This document shows positions 56,257 to 64,000 of a DNA stretch of 64,000 nucleotides, one piece after another (position 1 is the first letter of the stretch; every line of letters begins with the position of its first letter). Both the position numbers and the translations under genes were made by a program. A model generated the notes under the pieces. The model had not been told where the DNA came from, searched no databases, and saw nothing but the letters and a program-made list of their open reading frames with translations. Origin of the DNA: Polyangiaceae bacterium (GTDB lineage: Bacteria; Myxococcota_A; Polyangia; Polyangiales; Polyangiaceae); NCBI GenBank assembly GCA_046351455.1, contig JAXLYM010000003.1:280364-344363 (forward strand), written 5' to 3'.

Positions 56257-58026
56257 ATGCCCTCCTTCGCACAACGATCGATCCTCTCCCGCGTCGCGCT
56301 CGCGAGCGTCGCCCTCGGCCTCGGCGCGTGCACCACGTGGACGCCGCCGGATCCGCCGCCCGGCAGGCCCTCCCCGCCCCCGCCGATGGTGAACGGCCCC
56401 ACGTCGAGCGGCGCCTCCGCAAAGGCCCCCACCGCGCGCGACAAGTTCCACGCGCTGCGCGATCGCATCCTCTACGAGTGGCTCCAGGACGAGCCGGTGA
56501 AGGCCCGCGAGGTGGGCATTCACGACCTCGACGGCAAGGTGGCCAGTTACTCCAAAGAGGCTATCGAGAAGCGGATCGCCCGGATGACGGAGCGCCGCAA
56601 GGAGCTCGGCGAGGTCGAGAAGGCCTCTCTCACCCCCGATGAGGCGCTCGATCTCGCGATCCTGAAGAAGCAGCTCGACAACTACTTGTTCTGGAGCGTC
56701 GACCTCGCCGACTGGCGCAAGAACCCTCGGTACTACGAGGATCTCTTCGGCGTGAACAACTACCTCGATCGCGACTACATGCCAGTCGCGGAGCGCGGAA
56801 AGCGCCTCCTCGCGCACGAGAAGGCCGCGCTCGCCGAGGTGGGCCACGTCCTCGAGAACCTGCAAGGGCCCATGAGCAAGGCTGTCGTGGAGACGGCGCT
56901 CAAGGTCTACAAGGGCTTCGTCGAGTACCTGAACGGCGACGTGATGAAGGCGCTCGCGGGCGTCGGAGATGCGGAGTTCCAGGCCGATCTCGCGAAGACG
57001 AACAGCGCTCTCTCGGCGGAGGCGCAGAAGATCGTCGACCACCTCACCAAGGTGGAGCTTCCGCGCGGGGACAACAGCCATGTCCTCGGCGTGGAGAAGT
57101 ATCGCAAGCTCCTCCTCGTGCAGGAAGGGCTGGATATCCCGCTCGCGCAGTTCAAGGCGATGGGCGAAAAGAACCTGGAGGAGAACAAGAAGGCCTATCT
57201 CGCCCTGCAGAAGAAGGCGAAATTCACGAAGCCGACCGCAGTGGACCTGATGGCGACTGCCACCCAGCTCATGGATGCCTCTCGGGAGTTCATCGTCAAG
57301 AAGGACCTCGTCACCATCCCTTCGAGCGACAAGGCGGTCATCAAAGAGACGCCGCCGTTCATGCGGTGGAACAGCGCCTTCCTGAACCCGCCCGGCCCCT
57401 TCGAGAAGGTCGCCACGACCGCGTTTTATTACATCACGATGCCGGACCCGAAATGGCCGAAGAAGGAGCAAGAGGGCTACATCATGCCCAAAGGCATCCT
57501 CATGTCGACGACCATTCACGAGGTGTATCCGGGCCACTTCCTCCAAGGCCAGTGGGAGCGCCGCGCGCCGACGACCGTACAAGCCACCTTCGGCAGCTAC
57601 TCGTTCATCGAAGGGTGGGCCCACTACATCGAGCAGATGATGGTGGAGGAGGGATTCGGCTCCGAGGACCCGCAAAATCACCTGGGACAGCTCTCCGACG
57701 CGCTCCTCCGCAACTGCCGATATGTGGTGTCGCTCGGCATCCACACGGAAGGGATGACGCTCGATCAGGCGGCGAAGAGGTTCCAGACCGACTGCTTCCA
57801 GGACAAGGCCACGGCGCGCGAACAGGCCGTCCGCGGCACGTTCGATCCAGGGTATTTCGCGTACACGCTCGGCAAAGTGCAGATCTTGGAGCTTCGGGAC
57901 GAGGTGAAGAAGAAGCTCGGAGACAAGTTCTCTCTCAAGAAATTCCACGACGCGGTGCTGTCCCACGGATCGCCGGCTCTGCCCCTCATCCGCGAACGGG
58001 TGCTGGAGCAGCTCGGCGCCAAGTAA
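56257..58026 (+). CDS. DUF885-family lipoprotein (putative metallopeptidase-like)
   Basis: Internal Met start (MPSFAQRSILSRVALASVALGLGAC, a lipobox) of tracked ORF 55771..58026. The HEVYPGHFLQ motif is typical of DUF885. Confidence 0.85.
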   Translation: MPSFAQRSILSRVALASVALGLGACTTWTPPDPPPGRPSPPPPMVNGPTSSGASAKAPTARDKFHALRDRILYEWLQDEPVKAREVGIHDLDGKVASYSKEAIEKRIARMTERRKELGEVEKASLTPDEALDLAILKKQLDNYLFWSVDLADWRKNPRYYEDLFGVNNYLDRDYMPVAERGKRLLAHEKAALAEVGHVLENLQGPMSKAVVETALKVYKGFVEYLNGDVMKALAGVGDAEFQADLAKTNSALSAEAQKIVDHLTKVELPRGDNSHVLGVEKYRKLLLVQEGLDIPLAQFKAMGEKNLEENKKAYLALQKKAKFTKPTAVDLMATATQLMDASREFIVKKDLVTIPSSDKAVIKETPPFMRWNSAFLNPPGPFEKVATTAFYYITMPDPKWPKKEQEGYIMPKGILMSTTIHEVYPGHFLQGQWERRAPTTVQATFGSYSFIEGWAHYIEQMMVEEGFGSEDPQNHLGQLSDALLRNCRYVVSLGIHTEGMTLDQAAKRFQTDCFQDKATAREQAVRGTFDPGYFAYTLGKVQILELRDEVKKKLGDKFSLKKFHDAVLSHGSPALPLIRERVLEQLGAK

Positions 58027-58041
58027 AGAACGAGGTTCTCC

Positions 58042-61000
58042 ATGCGCACGGGGGACGTGCTGGCGGGGCGCTTCGAGATCGAGCGGCTCGCGGAGAAGGG
58101 GGGGATGGGCGCGGTTTTCCGCGCTCGTGATCTCGCCTCGGGGCAGCCGGTGGCGCTGAAGGTCCTGCACACCTACGCGATGGGCGAGGCCGCGCGCATG
58201 GAGCGCGAGGCGCAGGCGCTCATGAAGGTGCGGCACCCCGGCATCGTCCGCTACGTCGCGCACGGCACGCTGGAGGACGACGAGGGCCGGCCGTACCTCG
58301 CGATGGAGTGGCTCGACGGCGAGGATCTCCGGCAGCGCACGCGGCGGAAGGAGCTGCGGCTCGTCGACGCGATCGCCCTCGGGTACCGCGTCGCGGTGGC
58401 GCTCGCGGCGGCGCACGCGGCCGGCGTCGTGCACCGCGACGTGAAGCCGTCCAACATCTTCTTGCTCGGCGGACAGGCCACGCAGGTCAAGCTCATCGAC
58501 TTCGGCGTCGCGCGCGTGCCGGAGCCATCCCGCGACGCGACGGCGCACGGCGCGGTGCTCGGGACGATCGCGTACATGGCGCCGGAGCAGGCCCGCGGCG
58601 CGCGCGAGGTGACGCCCGCGGCCGACGTGTTCTCGCTCGGGTGCGTGCTGTTCGAGATGGTCACCGGCAAGCGCGCGTTCGCGGGCGACGACGTGATGGC
58701 GGTGCTCGCGAAGGTGCTCGTGACGGATCTGCCGCGCGCGCGCTCGCTGAACCCGGAGGTGCCGCGCGCGCTGGATCGCCTCATCGCGCAGATGCTCTCG
58801 AAGGAGCCGGAGGAGCGCCCGTCCGCGGAGGAGGTGGCGCGCGCGCTGGACGGCCTCGTCGATCGCACCACGTCCGGCAGCGACGCGTCGTCGCAGGACG
58901 CGCCCCCGTCGAGCCTCCGCGTGCCGACGCTCACGGCCGGCGAGCGCCGCGTGGCCAGCGTCGTGATGATCCGCGGCCCCGCCGAGCGCGACACGACCGA
59001 GGTGCGCCCCGGATCGACGACGCGCGTGGACTCGCAGGTGGCGCGGCTCCGGCAGCTCCTCTCGCCCGACGGCGCGCGCGTGGAGCGGCTCGCGGACGGC
59101 ACCGTGTTCGCGATCGTCGCGGGGCGCGGGGCCGCGCAGGATCAGGCGCTCGTCGCCGCGCAGTGCGCCGTGGGCCTCCGCGCCGAGCTCGGATCCGCGG
59201 TGATCAGCCTCGCGACCGGCAGCGGGGAGGTGTCGGCGGGCCAGTGGGTCGGTGAGGCCCTGGAGCGCGCCGCGGCCCTCGTCCGCGCGGAGGAGCGCGC
59301 GCCGCGAGGCCCCGGAGAGACGCCGCGCGGCGTGCGCATCGACGACGTGACGGCGGCGCTGCTCGGCGGGCGCGCGGCGATCGAGATGGATCCGCGCGGG
59401 TCCATGCTGCTCGCGCTGCGCGCCGATCACGAGGCCGCGCGCACGCTGCTCGGCAAGCCGACGCCGTTCGTGGGGCGCGAGCGCGAGCTGTCGCTCCTCA
59501 AGGCGACGCTCGCGGAGTGCGCGGCGGAGCCGGTGACGCGCGCGGTGCTCGTGACGGCCCCGCCCGGCGGCGGCAAATCGCGCCTCCTCGCGGAGCTGCT
59601 CGCGCGCGTGCCGAAGACGACCGAGGTGTGGATCGCGCGCGGCGATCCGATGAGCGCCAAATCGCCCTTCGGCATGCTCGCGCAGATCCTCCGTCGCGTG
59701 GTGGATCTCCCTGAAAACGAGCCGATCGCGTCGCAGGCCGACAAGCTCACGGAGCGCGTCTCTCGCTCGGTGCCCGCGCCGGATCACCTGCGCGTCGCGG
59801 AGTTCCTCGGCGAGATCATCGGCGTCCCCTTCCCCGACGACGGGAGCCCGAAGCTCCGCCACGCGCGCAGCGACACGATGCTGATGGGCGATCAGATGCG
59901 CCGCGCGTGGGAGGATTTCGTCGAGGCCGAGTGCGAGCGCCACCCGATCCTCCTCGTGCTGGAGGACATGCACTGGGGCGACGTGCCGACCGCGAAGATG
60001 GTGGAGGCGCTCCTCAGGCAGCGTCGTGAAAAGCCGCTGTTCGTGCTGATCCTCGCGCGCACCGGATCCTTGTCGGCGTTCCCTGGGCTGCTGAAGAGCG
60101 GGCACGTGATGGAGCTCGCGCTGCCCGAGCTGTCGCGCCGCGCCGGAGAGCGGCTCGCGCGGGAGGTGCTCGGCGCCACGTCCGCGCCCGAGACGATCAC
60201 GCGCATCGTCGATCAGGCGGGCGGCAACGCGTTTTTCCTGGAGGAGCTGATCCGCGCGGAGAGCGACGGCCGCGGCGGCGAGGTGCCGGGCACGGTGCTC
60301 GCGATGGTGCGCACGCGCCTGGAGAAGATGGAGAACGACGCGCGGCGCCTCCTGCGCGCGGCGAGCGTGCTCGGCTCCACGTTCTGGCGCGGCGGCGTGG
60401 AGGCGCTCCTCGGCGCGGCCCCGAAATCGCCCGACATCGTGAGCTGGCTCGGCGAGCTCGTGGAGCGCGAGGTGTTCGTGCGGCGCGAGCACGGCCGGTT
60501 CGCGGGCGAGGACGAGCACGCCTTCCGTCACGCGATCGTTCGCGAGGCCGCGTACGCGATGCTCACCGACGAGGACAAGGTGCTCGGACACCGGCTCGCG
60601 GGCGAGTGGCTCGTGAAGGTCGGGGAGCGCGACGCCGCGGTGCTCGCGCGCCATTTCGAGCTCGGCGAAGAGAGCGGGCGCGCGGCCTCGTTCTACCTGC
60701 GCGCGGCCGAGCAGGCGCTCGAGGGCAACGATCTCGAAGCGGCGCTCACGTGCGTGGAGCGCGGCCTCGCGTGCGGCCCGTCCAGCGAGTCGCGCGGCCT
60801 CTTCCACCTCATCGCGGCGGAGGCGTACCGCTTCAAGGGCGAGCCGTCGCGCGAGCAGCTCGCCGCGGTCGAGGCGATGGGCCTCTTGCCTCAGGGCGAC
60901 ACGCGGTGGTGCATCGCCGCGGGCCAGGCGGCGATCGCGAGCGGCAAGCTCGGGGATCGCGATCGCCTCGAGTCCGTGGCCCGCGAGCTCATCCGTCTCG

Positions 61001-61965
61001 GCGGGGAGGCGCGCTCCTCGGGCCGCATGGTGGTGGCCGCCGCGCGCGCGTCGATCCCCCTTATTTTGGCGGGCCTGCGCGATCCGGCGGAGCAGCTCCT
61101 CGCGCACGTGAACCGGCACGGCGACGCGATCGCCTGGAGCGATCCGGGCGTGGCCGCGTGGATCCACCTCGCGCGCGGCACGCACGCGGCGGAGATCGGC
61201 GAGCCGCGGGCCGCGCTCACGCACATGGAGCAGGCGGCGGAGCGCTTCGAGGAGGCCGGCGACGTCCGCGGCGCGTGCGCGCAGTGCGCGAACATCGGAT
61301 GGACCGGCCTCGAGGTCGGCGAGGGCGCGCGCGCGGAGACGGCGCTGCGCGAGGGCATCGACAAGGCGAAGGCGCTCGGCCTCTGGCACGTCGTCGCGAA
61401 CGCCCGCATCTACCTGGGCCTCGCGCTCGCGCGGCGGGGCGCGCACGAGGGCGCCGCGGAGCTCATCGCCGAGGCGGTGAAGAACTTCGAGGCGCGCCAC
61501 AACCAGCGCATGGAAGCGGTCGCGCGCCGCGCGCTCGCGGAGGCCTTCTTCCGCCGCGGCGACCTCGAGAGCGCCGCGACCGAGGCGTCCCACGCCGTCG
61601 AGATCGCCCGGGAAATACCGCCGATCCGCGCGTACGCGCTGGCGACGCTCGCGGACGTGCTGCGGACGCAGAAGAGGCCGGAAGAGGCGCTCGCACGCGC
61701 GCGCGAGGCGTCCGCGCTCCTCGAATCACAGGGCCAGATCGTGCAGGGCGAGGCGTGCGTCCGCGCCGCGCTGGTGGACGCGCTCACCGCCGCGGGCCAC
61801 CCCGAAGAGGCCGCGCGAGCCGCCGACTCCGCGCGCGCCTGGCTCGCCTCCCGCGCCCTCCGCGTCCCCGAAGGCGCCGCGCGAGAGCGCTATTTGCACG
61901 ACGTCCCGGATCACGCCCGCATCCTCGGACTGCCACTCTCCGCGGCCTCGCAAACATCGAGTTGA
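58042..61965 (+). CDS. Multidomain Ser/Thr kinase - AAA/STAND ATPase - TPR-like protein (1307 aa)
   Basis: N-terminal kinase motifs are [21 protein letters not shown] and [10 protein letters not shown] middle P-loop follows ([13 protein letters not shown]; Walker [13 protein letters not shown]). The C-terminus is a helical repeat region. This architecture is common in myxobacteria. Confidence 0.9.
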   Translation: MRTGDVLAGRFEIERLAEKGGMGAVFRARDLASGQPVALKVLHTYAMGEAARMEREAQALMKVRHPGIVRYVAHGTLEDDEGRPYLAMEWLDGEDLRQRTRRKELRLVDAIALGYRVAVALAAAHAAGVVHRDVKPSNIFLLGGQATQVKLIDFGVARVPEPSRDATAHGAVLGTIAYMAPEQARGAREVTPAADVFSLGCVLFEMVTGKRAFAGDDVMAVLAKVLVTDLPRARSLNPEVPRALDRLIAQMLSKEPEERPSAEEVARALDGLVDRTTSGSDASSQDAPPSSLRVPTLTAGERRVASVVMIRGPAERDTTEVRPGSTTRVDSQVARLRQLLSPDGARVERLADGTVFAIVAGRGAAQDQALVAAQCAVGLRAELGSAVISLATGSGEVSAGQWVGEALERAAALVRAEERAPRGPGETPRGVRIDDVTAALLGGRAAIEMDPRGSMLLALRADHEAARTLLGKPTPFVGRERELSLLKATLAECAAEPVTRAVLVTAPPGGGKSRLLAELLARVPKTTEVWIARGDPMSAKSPFGMLAQILRRVVDLPENEPIASQADKLTERVSRSVPAPDHLRVAEFLGEIIGVPFPDDGSPKLRHARSDTMLMGDQMRRAWEDFVEAECERHPILLVLEDMHWGDVPTAKMVEALLRQRREKPLFVLILARTGSLSAFPGLLKSGHVMELALPELSRRAGERLAREVLGATSAPETITRIVDQAGGNAFFLEELIRAESDGRGGEVPGTVLAMVRTRLEKMENDARRLLRAASVLGSTFWRGGVEALLGAAPKSPDIVSWLGELVEREVFVRREHGRFAGEDEHAFRHAIVREAAYAMLTDEDKVLGHRLAGEWLVKVGERDAAVLARHFELGEESGRAASFYLRAAEQALEGNDLEAALTCVERGLACGPSSESRGLFHLIAAEAYRFKGEPSREQLAAVEAMGLLPQGDTRWCIAAGQAAIASGKLGDRDRLESVARELIRLGGEARSSGRMVVAAARASIPLILAGLRDPAEQLLAHVNRHGDAIAWSDPGVAAWIHLARGTHAAEIGEPRAALTHMEQAAERFEEAGDVRGACAQCANIGWTGLEVGEGARAETALREGIDKAKALGLWHVVANARIYLGLALARRGAHEGAAELIAEAVKNFEARHNQRMEAVARRALAEAFFRRGDLESAATEASHAVEIAREIPPIRAYALATLADVLRTQKRPEEALARAREASALLESQGQIVQGEACVRAALVDALTAAGHPEEAARAADSARAWLASRALRVPEGAARERYLHDVPDHARILGLPLSAASQTSS

Positions 61966-62007
61966 CGTCCGCCGCAGAGAGGCACCTTCGTGGTTCGCTC
62001 TCTCGGG

Positions 62008-62286
62008 TCAGCTCGATTTTTCGCGCAGGAACATCAGCACACCAAGGACGATGAACAGCGCGCCGGCTGCTCGCTTGATCCAGATCGGCGGGATGTACCG
62101 CGCCACCACTTCTCCCGCGAGGACGGCGATCGCCGAGGTCGCGACGAGGGCCAGCGCGCTCGCGGCGAAGACCATCCAGCGGGACGAGCCGCTCGATGCG
62201 AAGCTCAACGTGGCGAGCTGCGTCTTGTCGCCCATCTCCGCGATGAAGACCGCGAGGAACGTGGAACCGAAGAGCTTCCAATCCAT
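62008..62286 (-). CDS. UPF0016/GDT1-family (TMEM165-like) half-size membrane protein
   Basis: The signature E-x-G-D-K-T is present (FIAEMGDKTQLATL), with three TM helices. Confidence 0.75.
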   Translation of the reverse strand: MDWKLFGSTFLAVFIAEMGDKTQLATLSFASSGSSRWMVFAASALALVATSAIAVLAGEVVARYIPPIWIKRAAGALFIVLGVLMFLREKSS

Positions 62287-62369
62287 CGGGCGATTCTAAA
62301 TCAGCGCCGGCCCCGCGCGCCCCCGCAGCTTTTTCCTTCGTCCTCGGCCGCCGGTCGTAGAGCGGCGCG

Positions 62370-63863
62370 TCACAGCGCGCCGACGGTCGCCTCGATGCGG
62401 GCGCGGACCGCCGCGTCCGGGTGGGCCGCGAGATAACGACGCGCGCAGTCGCGGGCCTCGTTGCGGCGGCCCTCGGAGAGGAGGGCTCGCAGGCGGAGGA
62501 GCTCCCGATCCGCCGCCATCTTGCCGTTCGGAAAGGACCGCTCGTGGCCCGCGAGGAGCCTTATCGCGAGCCGCGCGTCGCCGCCGTCGAGCGCGTCCGC
62601 CGCCGCCTGGATCTCCGCGACCTCCTCCTTCAACGACACGTCCACCGAAGAGGCCGCCTTCTTCGAGAGAGGGAGCGCCGATCTCTCCTGGGAAGAGCCG
62701 TCCGCGGAGGTGGCCTGTCGCGCCGAGGAACGCCCGGCACCGAGCGCGTGGCGCGGCCGCGCCGGATCCGCGCCGCGGAGACCCGCCGTGCGCGCGAGCA
62801 TGCCAGTCTCATGGGGAGTGTTCGTCTCGTCGAGAGCGCCAGTCACGTCGAGGGCGCCGTTCATCCCGAGGGCGCCGATCTCCTCCGGCGTATCCTCCTC
62901 CCCTTCCGCGTCCCTCTGGACAGGACCGCTGCTGTCCGCGGCGGGAGCAGCGATGTCGACCCGCGGGGACCTCGCGGTGGCCGCCGCGACGACGACGGGC
63001 TCTTTGAGCGGAGGCGCCGACGCCGCGCCGGACGGATGCATCGCGAGCGCGCCGAGCGCCACGCCTGCCGCCGTGAGCGAGGCGCCCGCGACCGAGCCGG
63101 CCGACAGTGGCACCTTCAAGACAGGCAGGTTGAACCAGAGAGGCGCCGTAGGATCGGGCGCGAACGCCTTCGATCCGAAGATGACCGCGAGCGGCGGGAG
63201 CCCCGCGCTGCGGCTGATTTGCGTGCTCCCGCCGCGCCGCGCAGAGGCCACGTCGTCCGCGCCGACACCCTGCCACGGCCGGGGCGGCGTCGTCCGCACA
63301 CCCGCCCTCGGAGCGCGCTGCGCCGCGAGCCGATTCCACGCGTCGCGCAGGTCCTCCCGCGCGAGACGGAGCCGGTTCCATGCGGTGTTGACCGGGATCC
63401 CGACGGCCGCGGCCACCTCGCTCATCGGGATGCCCTCCAGCTCGTAGGCGACGACGACGGCGCGACGCCGCGGCTCCAGCGTCGCGAGCAGGCGATGCAA
63501 CAAGGCCTTTCGCTCGGCCTCGATCAGGCTCTCTTCGCTGGACGGCGCGTCGAAGGCCGTGTCGAGATCGTCGACGTCGACGAGCACCTCCCCGCGGCGG
63601 ATCTCCGAGCGTCGATGGTTCGCGGCCTGGCGCTCGCAGATCCCGAACAGCCAGCTACGAATGGCCACCTCGGGCTGGGCCGCGAGCGACGGGTCGAACG
63701 CGGGCAGTCCACGGTACAGGCCCCGATAGACCTCCTGCTCCACGTCGGCGAGACTCCGCGCTGGAACGCCGAGCTGATTGAGGGTTCTACGCACGAAGGA
63801 CGCATTTTCAGAGACGATCCTCTCGAACGTGGCTTTCTCGACCATCGACCTCTGACCCTCCAC
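62370..63863 (-). CDS. ECF-type sigma-70 factor fused to a long C-terminal (anti-sigma-like) extension
   Basis: Region 2 is EQEVYRGLYRGLPAFD...SWLFGICERQAANHRR. Region 4 is VVAYELEGIPMSEVAAAVGIPVNTAWNRLRLAR. About 300 more residues follow, including a hydrophobic segment and an Ala-rich tail. Confidence 0.8.
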   Translation of the reverse strand: MEGQRSMVEKATFERIVSENASFVRRTLNQLGVPARSLADVEQEVYRGLYRGLPAFDPSLAAQPEVAIRSWLFGICERQAANHRRSEIRRGEVLVDVDDLDTAFDAPSSEESLIEAERKALLHRLLATLEPRRRAVVVAYELEGIPMSEVAAAVGIPVNTAWNRLRLAREDLRDAWNRLAAQRAPRAGVRTTPPRPWQGVGADDVASARRGGSTQISRSAGLPPLAVIFGSKAFAPDPTAPLWFNLPVLKVPLSAGSVAGASLTAAGVALGALAMHPSGAASAPPLKEPVVVAAATARSPRVDIAAPAADSSGPVQRDAEGEEDTPEEIGALGMNGALDVTGALDETNTPHETGMLARTAGLRGADPARPRHALGAGRSSARQATSADGSSQERSALPLSKKAASSVDVSLKEEVAEIQAAADALDGGDARLAIRLLAGHERSFPNGKMAADRELLRLRALLSEGRRNEARDCARRYLAAHPDAAVRARIEATVGAL

Positions 63864-64000
63864 GAATCATCGTCTCGCTATTCCACAAATGGGGTCGGCG
63901 CATCCATTTCATTTCGGAATCCAGAGGACGCCTCAAAAAACCTACGCACCGCGCAAGCCCCAACGTGCCTGTCCGTCGACGCACGCAGGTTGGCGCGAAA

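Noticed and set aside
49028-61593. ORFs 49028..50092 (+), 49845..50501 (-), 50198..50881 (+), 50503..51258 (-), 53040..54650 (-), 53621..55651 (+), 55541..56422 (-), 56185..61593 (- 1802 aa), 58308..59255 (+), 60606..62054 (+)
   Set aside because: These are Arg-rich shadow ORFs of the FGE, GT2, sigma54, kinase and kinase-AAA-TPR genes. The 1802-aa ORF is the antisense of the 1307-aa kinase gene.
1-64000. tRNA, rRNA or transposase/integrase genes
   Set aside because: No intergenic region showed a cloverleaf-compatible sequence of 70-90 nt. No ORF carried DDE, tyrosine-recombinase or serine-recombinase motifs. This scan was manual, so a covariance-model search would be the definitive check.

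Overview
This 64 kb window is about 70% GC and densely coding. Its gene content fits a myxobacterial chromosome (Myxococcota): several Ser/Thr kinases, one of them a kinase-AAA-TPR giant; an FHA/sigma-54 activator; a myxo-type Cys-rich repeat lipoprotein; hybrid histidine kinases; and FtsK. I support about 45 protein-coding genes, mostly read from protein motifs in the six-frame track. I found no rRNA, tRNA, CRISPR array, or classical transposase or integrase. Many of the long ORFs in the track are R/G-rich antisense or out-of-frame artefacts of the high GC content. Several real genes start at internal Met/Val codons of the tracked ORFs, usually with ATGA/GTGA/TAGTG stop-start overlaps to the upstream gene. 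Start coordinates I recomputed myself may be off by 1 to 3 nt.

The most notable loci:
1. A translationally coupled P-loop NTPase plus 712-aa helical (TPR-like) partner pair at 10866..14277, possibly a split STAND/KAP-like module.
2. A five-gene chain on the minus strand with 4-10 nt overlaps at the four junctions I checked (sensor kinase, parvulin-like PPIase, BNR lipoprotein, HupE/UreJ-like transporter, DUF3604 hydrolase; 1811..10638).
3. A roughly 1.1 kb segment carrying a Uma2-family (DUF820) PD-(D/E)XK nuclease fused to DUF4351, flanked by an 80-90 nt direct duplication of the 3' end of the upstream gene with a 42-nt identical core. This looks like a minimal site-specific insertion. A second Uma2-DUF4351 gene converges on it.
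4. A 103-aa acidic protein translationally coupled (TAGTG) to a signal-less, prodomain-less S8 subtilase.

I also report tandem repeats inside several coding regions, two terminator hairpins that share a CTGAAG/CTTCAG core, and two short ORFs not in the track.
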